This document shows positions 17,580 to 26,345 of a DNA stretch of 64,000 nt, one piece after another (the stretch's first letter is position 1; every line of letters begins with the position of its first letter). The DNA comes from an uncultured Acidobacteriota bacterium (GTDB taxonomy: Bacteria; Acidobacteriota; Vicinamibacteria; Vicinamibacterales; Fen-181), in contig CAVSGZ010000007.1 in assembly GCA_963727765.1 (NCBI GenBank), forward strand, positions 82,826 to 146,825. Reading direction: 5' to 3'. The notes under the pieces were generated by a model. That model was not told the origin of the DNA. It ran no database searches and saw only the letters and a program-made list of their open reading frames with translations. The position numbers were made by a program, and so were the translations under genes.

Positions 17580-18906
17580 GCTTCCGCTCATGCTGCGGCG
17601 CGGTGCGCTCTCACTGGCCCTGATGGCCGTGCCGGTGGCCGGCGCCGCGCAGGCACCGCAGGCCGCGCCGCCGCCGGCCGCGACGATCGCGCCGCCCGGC
17701 ATGGTGCGCGTGACCTTCCAGCAGGCCATCACGATGGCCGTCGAGCGCAACCCGTCGGTGGCGCAGGCGGCGCAGGGGATCCTCCAGGCACAGGCGCTGC
17801 TGAACCAGGCGACCTCGCTCGCCAGGCCGAACGTGGTCGGGGGCGTGGCGGCCACGTTTCTCAGCCAGAGCGAGGTACTGAATGGCGTCGTGGCCACGAC
17901 GGCGAACCAGGCGGCGGGCACGCTCACCTTCTCCGCACCGCTCATTGCCCCCGTCCAGTGGGCGCTGCGGGTGCAGGCCTCCGACTCCAAGCGCGTCGCC
18001 GAGCTGGCAGCGGCTGACGTGCGGAAGCAGGTGGCGGTGTCGACGGCCCAGGCCTGCCTGGCGATCGTCGCGCTGCGCCAGGTGCTCGATGCCGATCTCC
18101 GCGCCCGCGACGTGGCCAGTGCCCACTACGAGGACACGAAGGAGCGGCGGTTGGCCGGGGCCAGTTCCCGACTGAACGAGTTGCGCGCGCAGCAGTCGCT
18201 GTCGGCCGACCAAGCGCTGGTCGAAGCGTCGCAGGCGGATCTGTACCGTGCTCAGGAAGCGCTCGGCGTCCTGCTGGCCGCGGAAGGGCCGGCCGATCTC
18301 GCCGACGAGCCCGTGCTCGCTGTACCGCCGTCGATCGACGCTGCGGTCGGGGCGCTGGCGTCGACGCGCACGGACCTGCGGTTGCTGTCGGGGCGTGAGC
18401 AGGCGGCCTCCCGCGTTCTCAGCGACAGCTGGAAGGACTGGTTGCCGTCAGTGAACGGCATGTTCACGCCGCAGGTCGAGGCACCGACGGCACTGTATCA
18501 GCCGAAGTTCAGCTGGATGGCGCAGGTCGTCGCGACCGTTCCCGTGTTCGACTTTGGTAACCGCAGTGCCCGAAAGGCCGAACGACAGGTCAACCTGAAC
18601 GAGGTCAAGATCACCGAGGAGGCGACCGTTCGGCAGGCGCGGTCGGACGTGCGCACGGCGCGTGAGGCGCTCGACGCGGCCGAGCGCGCGCTCGGCTTTG
18701 CCAGAGACGCCGCCAGCCAGGCCCACCAGGTGGTGGAGATGGTCCTCGTGTCATTCCACGTCGGCGCCTCGACCAACATCGAGGTAATCGACGCGCAGCG
18801 CGTGGCGCTCGATGCCGACACGGCGGTCGCGATGGCCGACCACGACGTGCGTCAGGCCAGGCTCAACCTGCTCGTTGCTTTGGGGTTGTTCCCCGGAAAA
18901 CCGTAG
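17572..18906 (+). CDS. TolC-family outer-membrane efflux channel
   Basis: ATG 17572 lies after GGGAGG and overlaps the pump stop (ATGCCTAG). Signal peptide ...AVPVAGAAQA. Two repeated coiled-coil/beta halves. Confidence 0.85.
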   Translation: MPRLPLMLRRGALSLALMAVPVAGAAQAPQAAPPPAATIAPPGMVRVTFQQAITMAVERNPSVAQAAQGILQAQALLNQATSLARPNVVGGVAATFLSQSEVLNGVVATTANQAAGTLTFSAPLIAPVQWALRVQASDSKRVAELAAADVRKQVAVSTAQACLAIVALRQVLDADLRARDVASAHYEDTKERRLAGASSRLNELRAQQSLSADQALVEASQADLYRAQEALGVLLAAEGPADLADEPVLAVPPSIDAAVGALASTRTDLRLLSGREQAASRVLSDSWKDWLPSVNGMFTPQVEAPTALYQPKFSWMAQVVATVPVFDFGNRSARKAERQVNLNEVKITEEATVRQARSDVRTAREALDAAERALGFARDAASQAHQVVEMVLVSFHVGASTNIEVIDAQRVALDADTAVAMADHDVRQARLNLLVALGLFPGKP

Positions 18907-18915
18907 GGCCTGCCG

Positions 18916-18950
18916 GGCGGACGGGCCCTTCCTCTGTCGGGCCCGCCGCC
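18916..18950. terminator. GC-rich hairpin between convergent genes
   Basis: GGCGGaCGGGCCC-N10-GGGCCCGCCGCC, 10 nt after the tolC-like stop. Confidence 0.45.
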
Positions 18951-18958
18951 GAAGCGCC

Positions 18959-19372
18959 CTAGATGTCGTCCTCGGTCGGGCGATCGGGTCCGGTCGCGGT
19001 CGTGGGCGCTCGCTGTGATCCTGAGGCGGGCGGTTTCTGCGGTCCCGGCGCAGGCGAGGCGGCCGTCGCGGCCGGGGTTGTTGCCTGGCGCTTCTTGGTC
19101 GTCGGCTTCCGGTTTCGCTTCCGGGGCAACGTCACCACTTCGACAATCATCTGACGTGGGATGAACGAGAGGCCGCGCAGGTTGTGGTCGTCGCCCTCCT
19201 CGCTCGCCAGCGTCACGCCCTGCTGGTCGTCCACCAGCAGGAGGCCGTACGTGGTGTAGCGGGCCGGATGGTGGAACTGGGTCCGCACCTCGTTCAAGTC
19301 GTATTCCACCACGGCCGTAGCCTTGGCATCGTCCCACACCACGGCGACGAGCGAATGAGTCGATTCCTTCAC
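18959..19372 (-). CDS. hypothetical protein (about 90-aa mixed-composition N-domain plus basic/Pro-Thr-Ala disordered tail)
   Basis: ATG 19372 lies after GGGAG. MKESTHSLVAVVWDDAKATAVVEYDLNEVRTQFHHPARYTTYGLLLVDDQQG.... I recognise no family. GC content looks lower than the neighbours. Confidence 0.5.
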   Translation of the reverse strand: MKESTHSLVAVVWDDAKATAVVEYDLNEVRTQFHHPARYTTYGLLLVDDQQGVTLASEEGDDHNLRGLSFIPRQMIVEVVTLPRKRNRKPTTKKRQATTPAATAASPAPGPQKPPASGSQRAPTTATGPDRPTEDDI

Positions 19373-19521
19373 ATGTGCTCCCGGGAGCCAGGCACAAGAG
19401 CCGTGCTGTTACATCCCTTGGACGCACTCTACCACGCCTGACAGGCCTTCGACACACCGGCCCCGGCGACCCGGTGCGACCGATGGCCGGGCCGGACCCT
19501 GCCCCAGGGGCTCGTGATGCG

Positions 19522-20019
19522 CTAAGCCTCATCGGCACAATCAGTTAACGTCTGTTCTGACAAGGCGACGTGGCTCTGGCTGGCGATGTCGTCGAAATGG
19601 ACGAACACCTTGCTGCCCCCCACTTGTCCGAGCGGGATACGGACGACCTCCGACTCCCCGGCCACTAGCCACCGGTCGACGAACCGCCGGACTTGCTCGC
19701 CTCCGGAGTCGGTCTCCATACGTACGCGGGTCAACCGCAGGCGGTGGGGGCCGCGATTGGTGATGGTGGTCTTCGAGACGAACGGCCGAGGCGGCTCACC
19801 GGCCGCAGGCGGCTCGGTGTTCGTGCAGTTCACCGTCCGGCACTCGATCTGCGGCACGACCGACAACGCGTAGGTCTTCCACGCCGTCTCGACCATCTCC
19901 CTGGTCGTCGACACCATCTCCTGCGTCGTCCCGAGCAGACGGCGGATGGTCCAGGCGTAGTACGCTGAGACCAGGATGAGCGCGCCGGTCAGGATGGCCA
20001 ACCAGGTAATCGGGTTCAT
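19522..20019 (-). CDS. hypothetical membrane-anchored protein (N-terminal TM helix)
   Basis: ATG 20019 lies 6 nt after GGAGG. MNPITWLAILTGALILVSAYYAW (TM helix), then a soluble, probably beta-rich domain. No recognisable motif. Confidence 0.55.
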   Translation of the reverse strand: MNPITWLAILTGALILVSAYYAWTIRRLLGTTQEMVSTTREMVETAWKTYALSVVPQIECRTVNCTNTEPPAAGEPPRPFVSKTTITNRGPHRLRLTRVRMETDSGGEQVRRFVDRWLVAGESEVVRIPLGQVGGSKVFVHFDDIASQSHVALSEQTLTDCADEA

Positions 20020-20159
20020 CGCCTGCCTCCGCTGGCTACCGGGTGAGCGGTGCTTGACGCCGCCCGCCAGCCACCTGCATCATCCGGCACGCACGTGACC
20101 AGTCGAGTATATCTTCGTCGGGCCAGCCACGACACCACGGATGCGAGGAGGGCACGCTC

Positions 20160-21131
20160 ATGAGAGCCATCGTCTATCACCGCTACGGTTCGCCCGACGT
20201 CCTGGAACTGGCCGAGGTCGAGATGCCGACGCCGGCGGACGGTGAAGTGCTGGTCAAGGTGCGGGCGGCTTCCGTCAATCCCCTCGACTGGCACTTCATG
20301 AGGGGTGCGCCGTACTTCCTTCGCCTGATGAGCGGATGGCGCAGGCCAAAGGTGGCGCGGCTCGGCACCGACGTGGCTGGCCAGGTGGAAGCGGTTGGCA
20401 GGAACGTCACCGAGTTCAAACCTGGCGACGAGGTGTTCGGCTCGTGCCGCGGGGCTTTTGCAGAGTATGCGTGCACGCCCGAATCGGCGCTGGTTCGAAG
20501 GCCTGGGGGCGTCACGTTCGAGCAGGCCGCGGCGGTGCCGGTGACTGCGTTCACCGCGCTGCAGTGTCTTCGTGACCGTGGACGGATTCAGCCCGGGCAG
20601 CAGGTCCTCATCAACGGCGCCGCCGGCGGCGTCGGCACGCTCGCCGTGCAGGTTGCGAAAGCGCTCGGCGCGGAGGTGACAGGCGTGTGCAGCACCAGGA
20701 ACGTTGAAATGGTCCGGTCGCTCGGCGCCGACCACGTCATCGACTATACGCGGGAGGACTTCACCAGGGGCGGCCCTCGATACGACGTGATTCTCGACCT
20801 CGTGACGAATCACTCGTTGTCCGCCTGCAGGCGCGTGCTGAAACCCGGCGGAACCTACCTCATGGTCGGAGGGGCGGACAACGGGTTGGTCGCTGTCGTT
20901 GCTGTCTCGATCCAGGCCGTGGTGCTGTCCTGGTTCACGGGCCAGACGCTGGGCCTGATGCTGGCCAAGCGCAGCAAGCAGGACCTCGTCGCGATTGCCG
21001 CGCTCATGGAGGCAGGGAAGGTGATGCCGGTGATCGACCGGCGGTACGCGCTCGCCGACGTCCCCGCGGCGATTCGCTACCTCGAAGAAGGGCATGCGAG
21101 AGGGAAGGTCGTCATCACGGTGGCGGCCTGA
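20160..21131 (+). CDS. NAD(P)-dependent medium-chain dehydrogenase/reductase (quinone oxidoreductase / Zn-ADH-like)
   Basis: GAGGAGGG RBS. MRAIVYHRYGSPDVLELAEVEMPTP..., Rossmann motif INGAAGGVGTLAVQVAK, C-terminus GHARGKVVI. Confidence 0.85.
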   Translation: MRAIVYHRYGSPDVLELAEVEMPTPADGEVLVKVRAASVNPLDWHFMRGAPYFLRLMSGWRRPKVARLGTDVAGQVEAVGRNVTEFKPGDEVFGSCRGAFAEYACTPESALVRRPGGVTFEQAAAVPVTAFTALQCLRDRGRIQPGQQVLINGAAGGVGTLAVQVAKALGAEVTGVCSTRNVEMVRSLGADHVIDYTREDFTRGGPRYDVILDLVTNHSLSACRRVLKPGGTYLMVGGADNGLVAVVAVSIQAVVLSWFTGQTLGLMLAKRSKQDLVAIAALMEAGKVMPVIDRRYALADVPAAIRYLEEGHARGKVVITVAA

Positions 21132-21136
21132 ACGTC

Positions 21137-21481
21137 TCAGCGCTCGCCGTCGATGTACGCCGCGATTTGCTCGCGGCTCCACCCGTGGTCGTCATTCAGA
21201 TGGATGATCAGCGAGTCGAGAAAGTGCTGCTTGATGCACCCCGGTTCGGGGCACCTGCGGACGCGGTCGTCCAGGCAGTTGAAGAACTTGTAGAGGCCCT
21301 TCGGGCGGATCCCAGTGGCGTCAGCGGGAAGTCGGTAGACCCCCTCGTAGGCCGCGCCGAATGCGTCGGATCGGTCCCGGCCCTCGAAGTAGGCCCCGAA
21401 CATCTGGTGCGGCCGGTGGCGGGATCCGTCGCGAATCGCCGCCGCGAGTTCGTGTTCGTCGGGACGGACGGGTCTGGTCAT
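21137..21481 (-). CDS. hypothetical small protein (114 aa) with a C-X8-C-X4-C cysteine cluster
   Basis: ATG 21481 lies after AAGGAGGAGG. ...KFFNCLDDRVRRCPEPGCIKQHFLDSLIIHLNDDHGW.... Unrecognised family. Confidence 0.5.
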   Translation of the reverse strand: MTRPVRPDEHELAAAIRDGSRHRPHQMFGAYFEGRDRSDAFGAAYEGVYRLPADATGIRPKGLYKFFNCLDDRVRRCPEPGCIKQHFLDSLIIHLNDDHGWSREQIAAYIDGER

Positions 21482-21691
21482 TTTCGCCTCCTCCTTGATC
21501 TCCGACAATCATAGGACGAGTTTGCGAGCTCGGAGGTTCGCTTTCGCGCCAGTGCTGAGGCCCCGTGAGGTAGTTTACCGCGACGCTGCCGACCGTCCCT
21601 CCGCCCTCCATCGGTGTCTAAGAGAGTAGGGGGCCGCGTCGAGCATCGAGGGTCACCCCGCCCGTATGGTCAGTCGCCTGGACAGGAGGCC

Positions 21692-21808
21692 ATGATGGTC
21701 AGGACCAATCGGTCACCCCTCATCACCCTGGGATGGCAGACCTGGTCGATTGTCGCGATCGTGTTCGCGCTCGTGATCGCGGCGGCGGCGTACCTGCTGC
21801 TCGGCTGA
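21692..21808 (+). CDS. possible 38-aa single-TM peptide
   Basis: ATG 21692 lies after AGGAGG. MMVRTNRSPLITLGWQTWSIVAIVFALVIAAAAYLLLG. Short, so weakly supported. Confidence 0.3.
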   Translation: MMVRTNRSPLITLGWQTWSIVAIVFALVIAAAAYLLLG

Positions 21809-21819
21809 GGGCGCTTCCC

Positions 21820-22861
21820 TCACTGTCTCTCGAGAGCACCGCGATAGGGGATGACCTGTCCCGGCTCGACCGTCACGTCCCACTCCATCGGACGGTAGCC
21901 GTCATGCTGGATCGCGATCCGGTGCTGACCCGGTTCGAGCGTCAACGGTTCGCTGCTCGGCCCGAAGTTCCCAACGACCCCGACGTACTGCCCATCCACG
22001 AACAGATTCGCATCGGCGGGCTGAATGTCGAAGCTCGCGCCGCCGTAACTCGGCGTCGAAGAATTCGGCAGCGGCTGGTAGTCGGCGTAGGTGTCGACGC
22101 CGAACACGGTCGGCTCGTAGCCGCCGAGGTAAACCCAGGGATACGGCACGGGGTAGCCGCACCACAGGCCGAACCCCAGGCTCAGCCACGGGGAGAACAC
22201 GTAGTAGGGCCGGGCGAAGCGGTAGGGGTTGTACGGCACCCAGCCGTACGGGCGGAAATACGCGCGCGAGAAGTAGGGGCGGATCATGCTCGAGTAGCCG
22301 CCATAGCCACGGTAGCCAGCCGACGCATAACCGTATCCGCGGCCGCCGCGATCGGCCGGCGAATTGTAACGGGGCACCGCTGCGCCACCCCTGTAGGAGC
22401 TGTTGCCGTAGGTCCGGGGCACCGAGGCTCCGGCCCGGTAGGATGTGTTGCCGTAGGTTCGGGGCACCGCTGCGCCGCCCCTGTAGGAGCTGTTGCCGTA
22501 AGTCCGGGGCACCGCCATGCCCGCGCGGGCGGAAGCGTTGCCGTATGACCGCGTCAGTGCCTGCGACCCGGAGTAGGAGCGATTCCCGGAGGCCCGAGGG
22601 AGCGCCTGCGCTGAATACGAGCGACTCCCGGACGTCCGTGACATGGTCCGCGGCGCCGAGTACCGAGGCGCGAGGCGAACTCTGCCGGGGCTGCGCTGAC
22701 GTTCCACGCGACGATTGGTGCGGCGCAGACTGACCAGACGAGGCATGCCCGCCGCCACGCGGCTGTCCGCTGTTCCGGTGAGCCTGCGCGGCAACCGGCG
22801 AGGCGCCCACGCTCATGGCAACCACGATGACGGCCGATGCGAGCGAGAATGTGTGCTTCAT
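21820..22861 (-). pseudogene. secreted repeat protein with C-terminal PEGA domain; frameshift between signal peptide and body as read
   Basis: The signal peptide MKHTFSLASAVIVVAMSVGASPVAAQA (ATG 22861) is in the frame of track ORF 21902..23107. The repeats, Tyr/Gly/Arg/Pro-rich region and PEGA domain (LFVDGQYVGV...HRIAIQHDGYRPMEWDVTVEPG) are in the frame of ORF 21820..22794. The junction is near 22640-22700. Confidence 0.65.
22371..22640 (-). repeat. six tandem 45-nt coding repeats (15-aa units, consensus AVPRTYGNSSYRGGA)
   Basis: Units begin at 22371, 22416, 22461, 22506, 22551 and 22596. The first and third differ by only two bases. Confidence 0.8.
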
Positions 22862-23178
22862 AGGATTCCCTCGTTGTCGACCGAGGCCTGCGCCAGGTGT
22901 CCGACGCCACTTGCTATCGCAACCACGATGCCAACGCGGATTGCATAGTTCTCTGGGAGTTTCCAGCGGATGGCCAGGCCCGACGACGAGAACGTCCCCA
23001 ATCGAGGACATCGATCGTTCGCAGCCTGGTCTGTGGTAGGAGACATTGCGGGGGATTTTCCCTTGGCCCGGAAATTGATCTTGCTCGAATGCGGTGGCTC
23101 GCTCCATTCTGGAGGACGAGCCAGTCTGTCACCGGAAGCGGAGTGCGGGACTAACAGCAGACAAGATAGCGAGGTCGT

Positions 23179-24333
23179 ATGAGGCACAGAGGAACCGTTC
23201 GTGAGGATCTGTCGCGCCGTCGTGGGCAAACGTCGAGGTGGTTGCCAGCGAGCCTGATGGCCGTGTTCGCGGTCGTGTTCGTGCTGGGAGTCACGCAGGG
23301 ACTTCTGGCCCAGGAGCACAGCGGTCAGCAGCCGTCGCAGAAGACACAACAACCTCAGGCACGTGCACAACAGCCGCAGCGAGCCGGTGGACAGATGCCT
23401 GCAGTCGGAGGCGGCCACATTCCTCAGCACGGGCCGGCGAAGACGCCGTCAACGGCCAAGCCGCAACCGCAGAGAGCGCAGGCGGGCGGGCAGCCACAGG
23501 CGCAGCGGGACCAAGCGGGGCATCCTGAGGCTCCGCACGTCCACGCGGCGAACGACCAGTGGGTTGGTCATGACATGGGGCGCAACGACGCTCGCTACCA
23601 TCTCGCTCACCCATGGGAACACGGGCGATTCAACGGACCGATCGGTCCCCAGCACGTATGGAGACTGCTCGGTGGCGGGTGGCAGCGGTTCAACATCGGG
23701 GGCTTCTTCTTCCAGGTTGCGGCTCTCGATGCCATGTTCGTGGCCGACTGGTTGTGGGACAGCGACGACATCGTCCTCTACGCGGACCCGGACCACGATG
23801 GCTACTACCTGGCGTACAACACGCGACTCGGCACCTACGTGCACGTGTTGTTCCTGGGGTATCGAGTCGAAGAACGGCCAGCGCGGAGGTCTGGGCTCGG
23901 GGGGCCATCTCGTCGGGGCTCGATGTCGGCTGCCCTGGACCGCTCGACGGGATGGTCCCAGGTCACGCGCCGGAGGCAGGGTTGCGGATTCAACAGAAGG
24001 AGACCGTATGCTGCATGTGCTCTGGATGCTCATCACGGGGTTCGTGGTGGGGTTGATCGCGCGGGCGGTGCTGCCGGGCGGCGACCAGATGGGTCTCATC
24101 TCCACGACGGTCCTCGGTATCGTGGGCTCCGTCGTCGGAGGATTCGTCGGTCGTCTCATCAAGAAGCCGGAGCCGGGATCCTCGTTCCACGCCGCCGGTT
24201 TCCTGATGTCCATCCTCGGCGCGATCCTCGTGCTATGGGTCTGGCGGATGGTCCGCTAGACCACTCGGCGGGCGGGACGTTCGCAGAGGGAGCGGGCCGG
24301 CTGTCTACTTCCTGGCGGCCGGGGCCGCAGTGA
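23179..24333 (+). CDS. secreted Gln/Pro-rich protein of unknown function; 3' end uncertain (no stop codon until 24333)
   Basis: ATG 23179 lies after GAGG. Signal/TM segment [21 protein letters not shown], a Q/P-rich linker, then a globular part ...[38 protein letters not shown]...[25 protein letters not shown] ending near 23859. The rest is Arg-rich, looks non-coding and overlaps the next gene. Confidence 0.5.
   Translation: MRHRGTVREDLSRRRGQTSRWLPASLMAVFAVVFVLGVTQGLLAQEHSGQQPSQKTQQPQARAQQPQRAGGQMPAVGGGHIPQHGPAKTPSTAKPQPQRAQAGGQPQAQRDQAGHPEAPHVHAANDQWVGHDMGRNDARYHLAHPWEHGRFNGPIGPQHVWRLLGGGWQRFNIGGFFFQVAALDAMFVADWLWDSDDIVLYADPDHDGYYLAYNTRLGTYVHVLFLGYRVEERPARRSGLGGPSRRGSMSAALDRSTGWSQVTRRRQGCGFNRRRPYAACALDAHHGVRGGVDRAGGAAGRRPDGSHLHDGPRYRGLRRRRIRRSSHQEAGAGILVPRRRFPDVHPRRDPRAMGLADGPLDHSAGGTFAEGAGRLSTSWRPGPQ
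24008..24259 (+). CDS. GlsB/YeaQ/YmgE-family stress-response membrane protein
   Basis: ATG 24008 lies after [54 protein letters not shown]... (83 aa) matches the transglycosylase-associated/YeaQ family pattern. Confidence 0.8.
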   Translation: MLHVLWMLITGFVVGLIARAVLPGGDQMGLISTTVLGIVGSVVGGFVGRLIKKPEPGSSFHAAGFLMSILGAILVLWVWRMVR

Positions 24334-24997
24334 AGACGACGAAGTACTGATACGGCAGGAACGTGTGTTCCTCCGCCAGGCGGAAGCCGTTCTGTTCGAA
24401 CTCGTTCACGACCTCTTCCCGCGACATTCTCATTTCGGCGGGCGGGCCGACGGCCATGGCCTTCTTCTGGAAATCGATGATCACGATCTGACCGCCGGGC
24501 TTCAGGGCCCGCTTCAGCCCGGCGAGGTATTGCGCGTGACCCTCGATGTGGTGCCACGTGTCGCAGATGAAGACCCGATCCACCGAAACCGCGGCCAGCA
24601 GGGGATCGTCCGGCAGAGCGAGAATCGTCCGGACGTTGTCGAGACCCGCGTCGCGGATGCGCTGATTCAGGTGGACGATCATGTCCGGATTGATGTCGAC
24701 GGCCAGCACCAGCCCCAGGGCGCCGACATGCTGGGCGAACCGCAGCGAGAAGTAGCCGCTGCCCGCCCCGATGTCCGCAATCCGCTCCCCCTCCTTGAGC
24801 CCGAGCGCCATCACCACCTCGTGCGGCTTCTGGTCGGCGTCACGAGCGGGGTCGTCGAGCATCGCGATGTAGGCCTTGGAGTCCTGGTGCAGCTTGTGCA
24901 TCTCCTGCATCGTGATCGGCTTCGACTGGCCGGACAGCCCGATCGGGAGACTGGCGAACGTGCACAGGACGGTGATGGCGAAGGAACGACATTTCAT
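24305..24997 (-). CDS. class I SAM-dependent methyltransferase with an N-terminal signal-like sequence
   Basis: ATG 24997 ([24 protein letters not shown]). Motif I is [12 protein letters not shown]. Also [12 protein letters not shown]. Confidence 0.8.
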   Translation of the reverse strand: MKCRSFAITVLCTFASLPIGLSGQSKPITMQEMHKLHQDSKAYIAMLDDPARDADQKPHEVVMALGLKEGERIADIGAGSGYFSLRFAQHVGALGLVLAVDINPDMIVHLNQRIRDAGLDNVRTILALPDDPLLAAVSVDRVFICDTWHHIEGHAQYLAGLKRALKPGGQIVIIDFQKKAMAVGPPAEMRMSREEVVNEFEQNGFRLAEEHTFLPYQYFVVFTAAPAARK

Positions 24998-25140
24998 CTC
25001 TGTGGTCCTCGTGAGCGGGTCGGGTTGCTGCGGTTCCGCCCGGCCGCACCGCACTACCACGCCGAGACACGGAACTCTCCTCCGCAGCGACTGAGGCCGT
25101 CAATTCCAGGAGCCCGCCTGCAGAACGCGCGGACGAACTC

Positions 25141-26327
25141 CTAGGAACCGACGAGAACCAGCTCCCGCTGCGGATTCGACAGCCATGCGGCACCCGAGTC
25201 GGTGACGACGGCCATCTCCTCGATCGTCACCACGCCTCGGCCGGGCACGGTGAGGCGCGGCTCGAGGGTAAAGACCATGCCGGGCTCCAGCGGCCGGAAG
25301 GGCTTGCCGGCGTACTTCTCCCAGGCCGGGCCGAGGAGGGCCGTCCCGTCGTGGGCAAACCGGCCGACCTGGTGGCCGAGGCCGTGGGGGAACTCCTCGT
25401 AGCCCGCCTCCGCGACAATCCTCCGGGCCACGGCGTCCACGTCGCGTCCGAGCGCGCCGGGCTTGAGGGCGGCGAAGGACTCCGCAACCGCCCTGACGAT
25501 CGTGGTGAAACCCTTGCGGACGTCTGCCGGCGGCTCTGTCTCGCTGGGTGCCAGGACGTAGAACGTCCGCTGCATGTCCGAGCAGTAGCCGTCGACGCGG
25601 ACGCCGAAGTCCATGTTGAGCACGTGGCCGGGCTCGACCGGCCGCCCGGTCGGTCCGTAGTGCGCCTGCGCCGTGTCGGGGCCGGTGAAGACGGCGGGAC
25701 AGGTGGCCTCGCCCCAGGCGGGGACGAGCCCGCGGCGGCTGACCTCCGCTTGCATGAACGCCGCGATCTCCCGCTCGGTCCGTCCCGGCCGGATGAAGCC
25801 CGCGACAAGACCGAAGATCTCCTGGGTGTGCCGAATCGCCTCGCGCATGCGCCCGAGCTCGTAGTCGGTCTTGCGCTCGCGCAGCGCGGAGACGAGCTTC
25901 TCGGCCGAGACGAGCCAATCGGCCATTCCGATTTCGCTGAGGACCTCGCGCAGGGTGAGGTACATGCCGTAGGTCAGGCCGTCGCAGATCTCGCTCCCTT
26001 GCGAGTAGTTGACGGCAATCGTCCTCGGGTCCGCCTCCTCATGAACTCCTGGAACGGCTCCTTGAACCCCGTGACGTAAGCGACGACGTCGTTCCAGACG
26101 CCCGCGTCCTGGACGGCCTTCTGGTCGTAGCGGCCGACAATCGCCCGCGTGCGGCCGTCGCGCAGGACGAGGAACGCCGAATGCCAGGTGACGTGGCTCG
26201 GCGCGAGGAAGGGCAGGACGGGATCGCCGTTGATCTCGCTCTCCCGGGTGAAGGTCAGCCAGCAGTCGAGGTCGAGCTCGCCGAGCAGGCCGACGGCCTG
26301 CCGGATTTTTTCCTCAATCAGGGACAT
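25141..26327 (-). pseudogene. M24-family metallopeptidase (Xaa-Pro aminopeptidase/creatinase-like), single-nt frameshift as read
   Basis: The N-domain ORF 25974..26327 (MSLIEEKIRQAV...) and catalytic ORF 25141..25965 (HGLGHQVG, TIEEM ligands) join as ...FQEFM..(E)ADPRTIAVNYSQGSEICDGLTYGMYLTL.... The frame changes within 26021-26043. Confidence 0.8.
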
Positions 26328-26345
26328 GATTCCTCCGACAAGCGC

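Noticed and set aside
22371-22640. Regular 45-nt tandem repeats, checked as a possible CRISPR array
   Set aside because: There are no unique spacers between the repeats. The units are contiguous, lie in frame within a protein gene and encode a 15-aa peptide repeat. No cas genes are present in the window.
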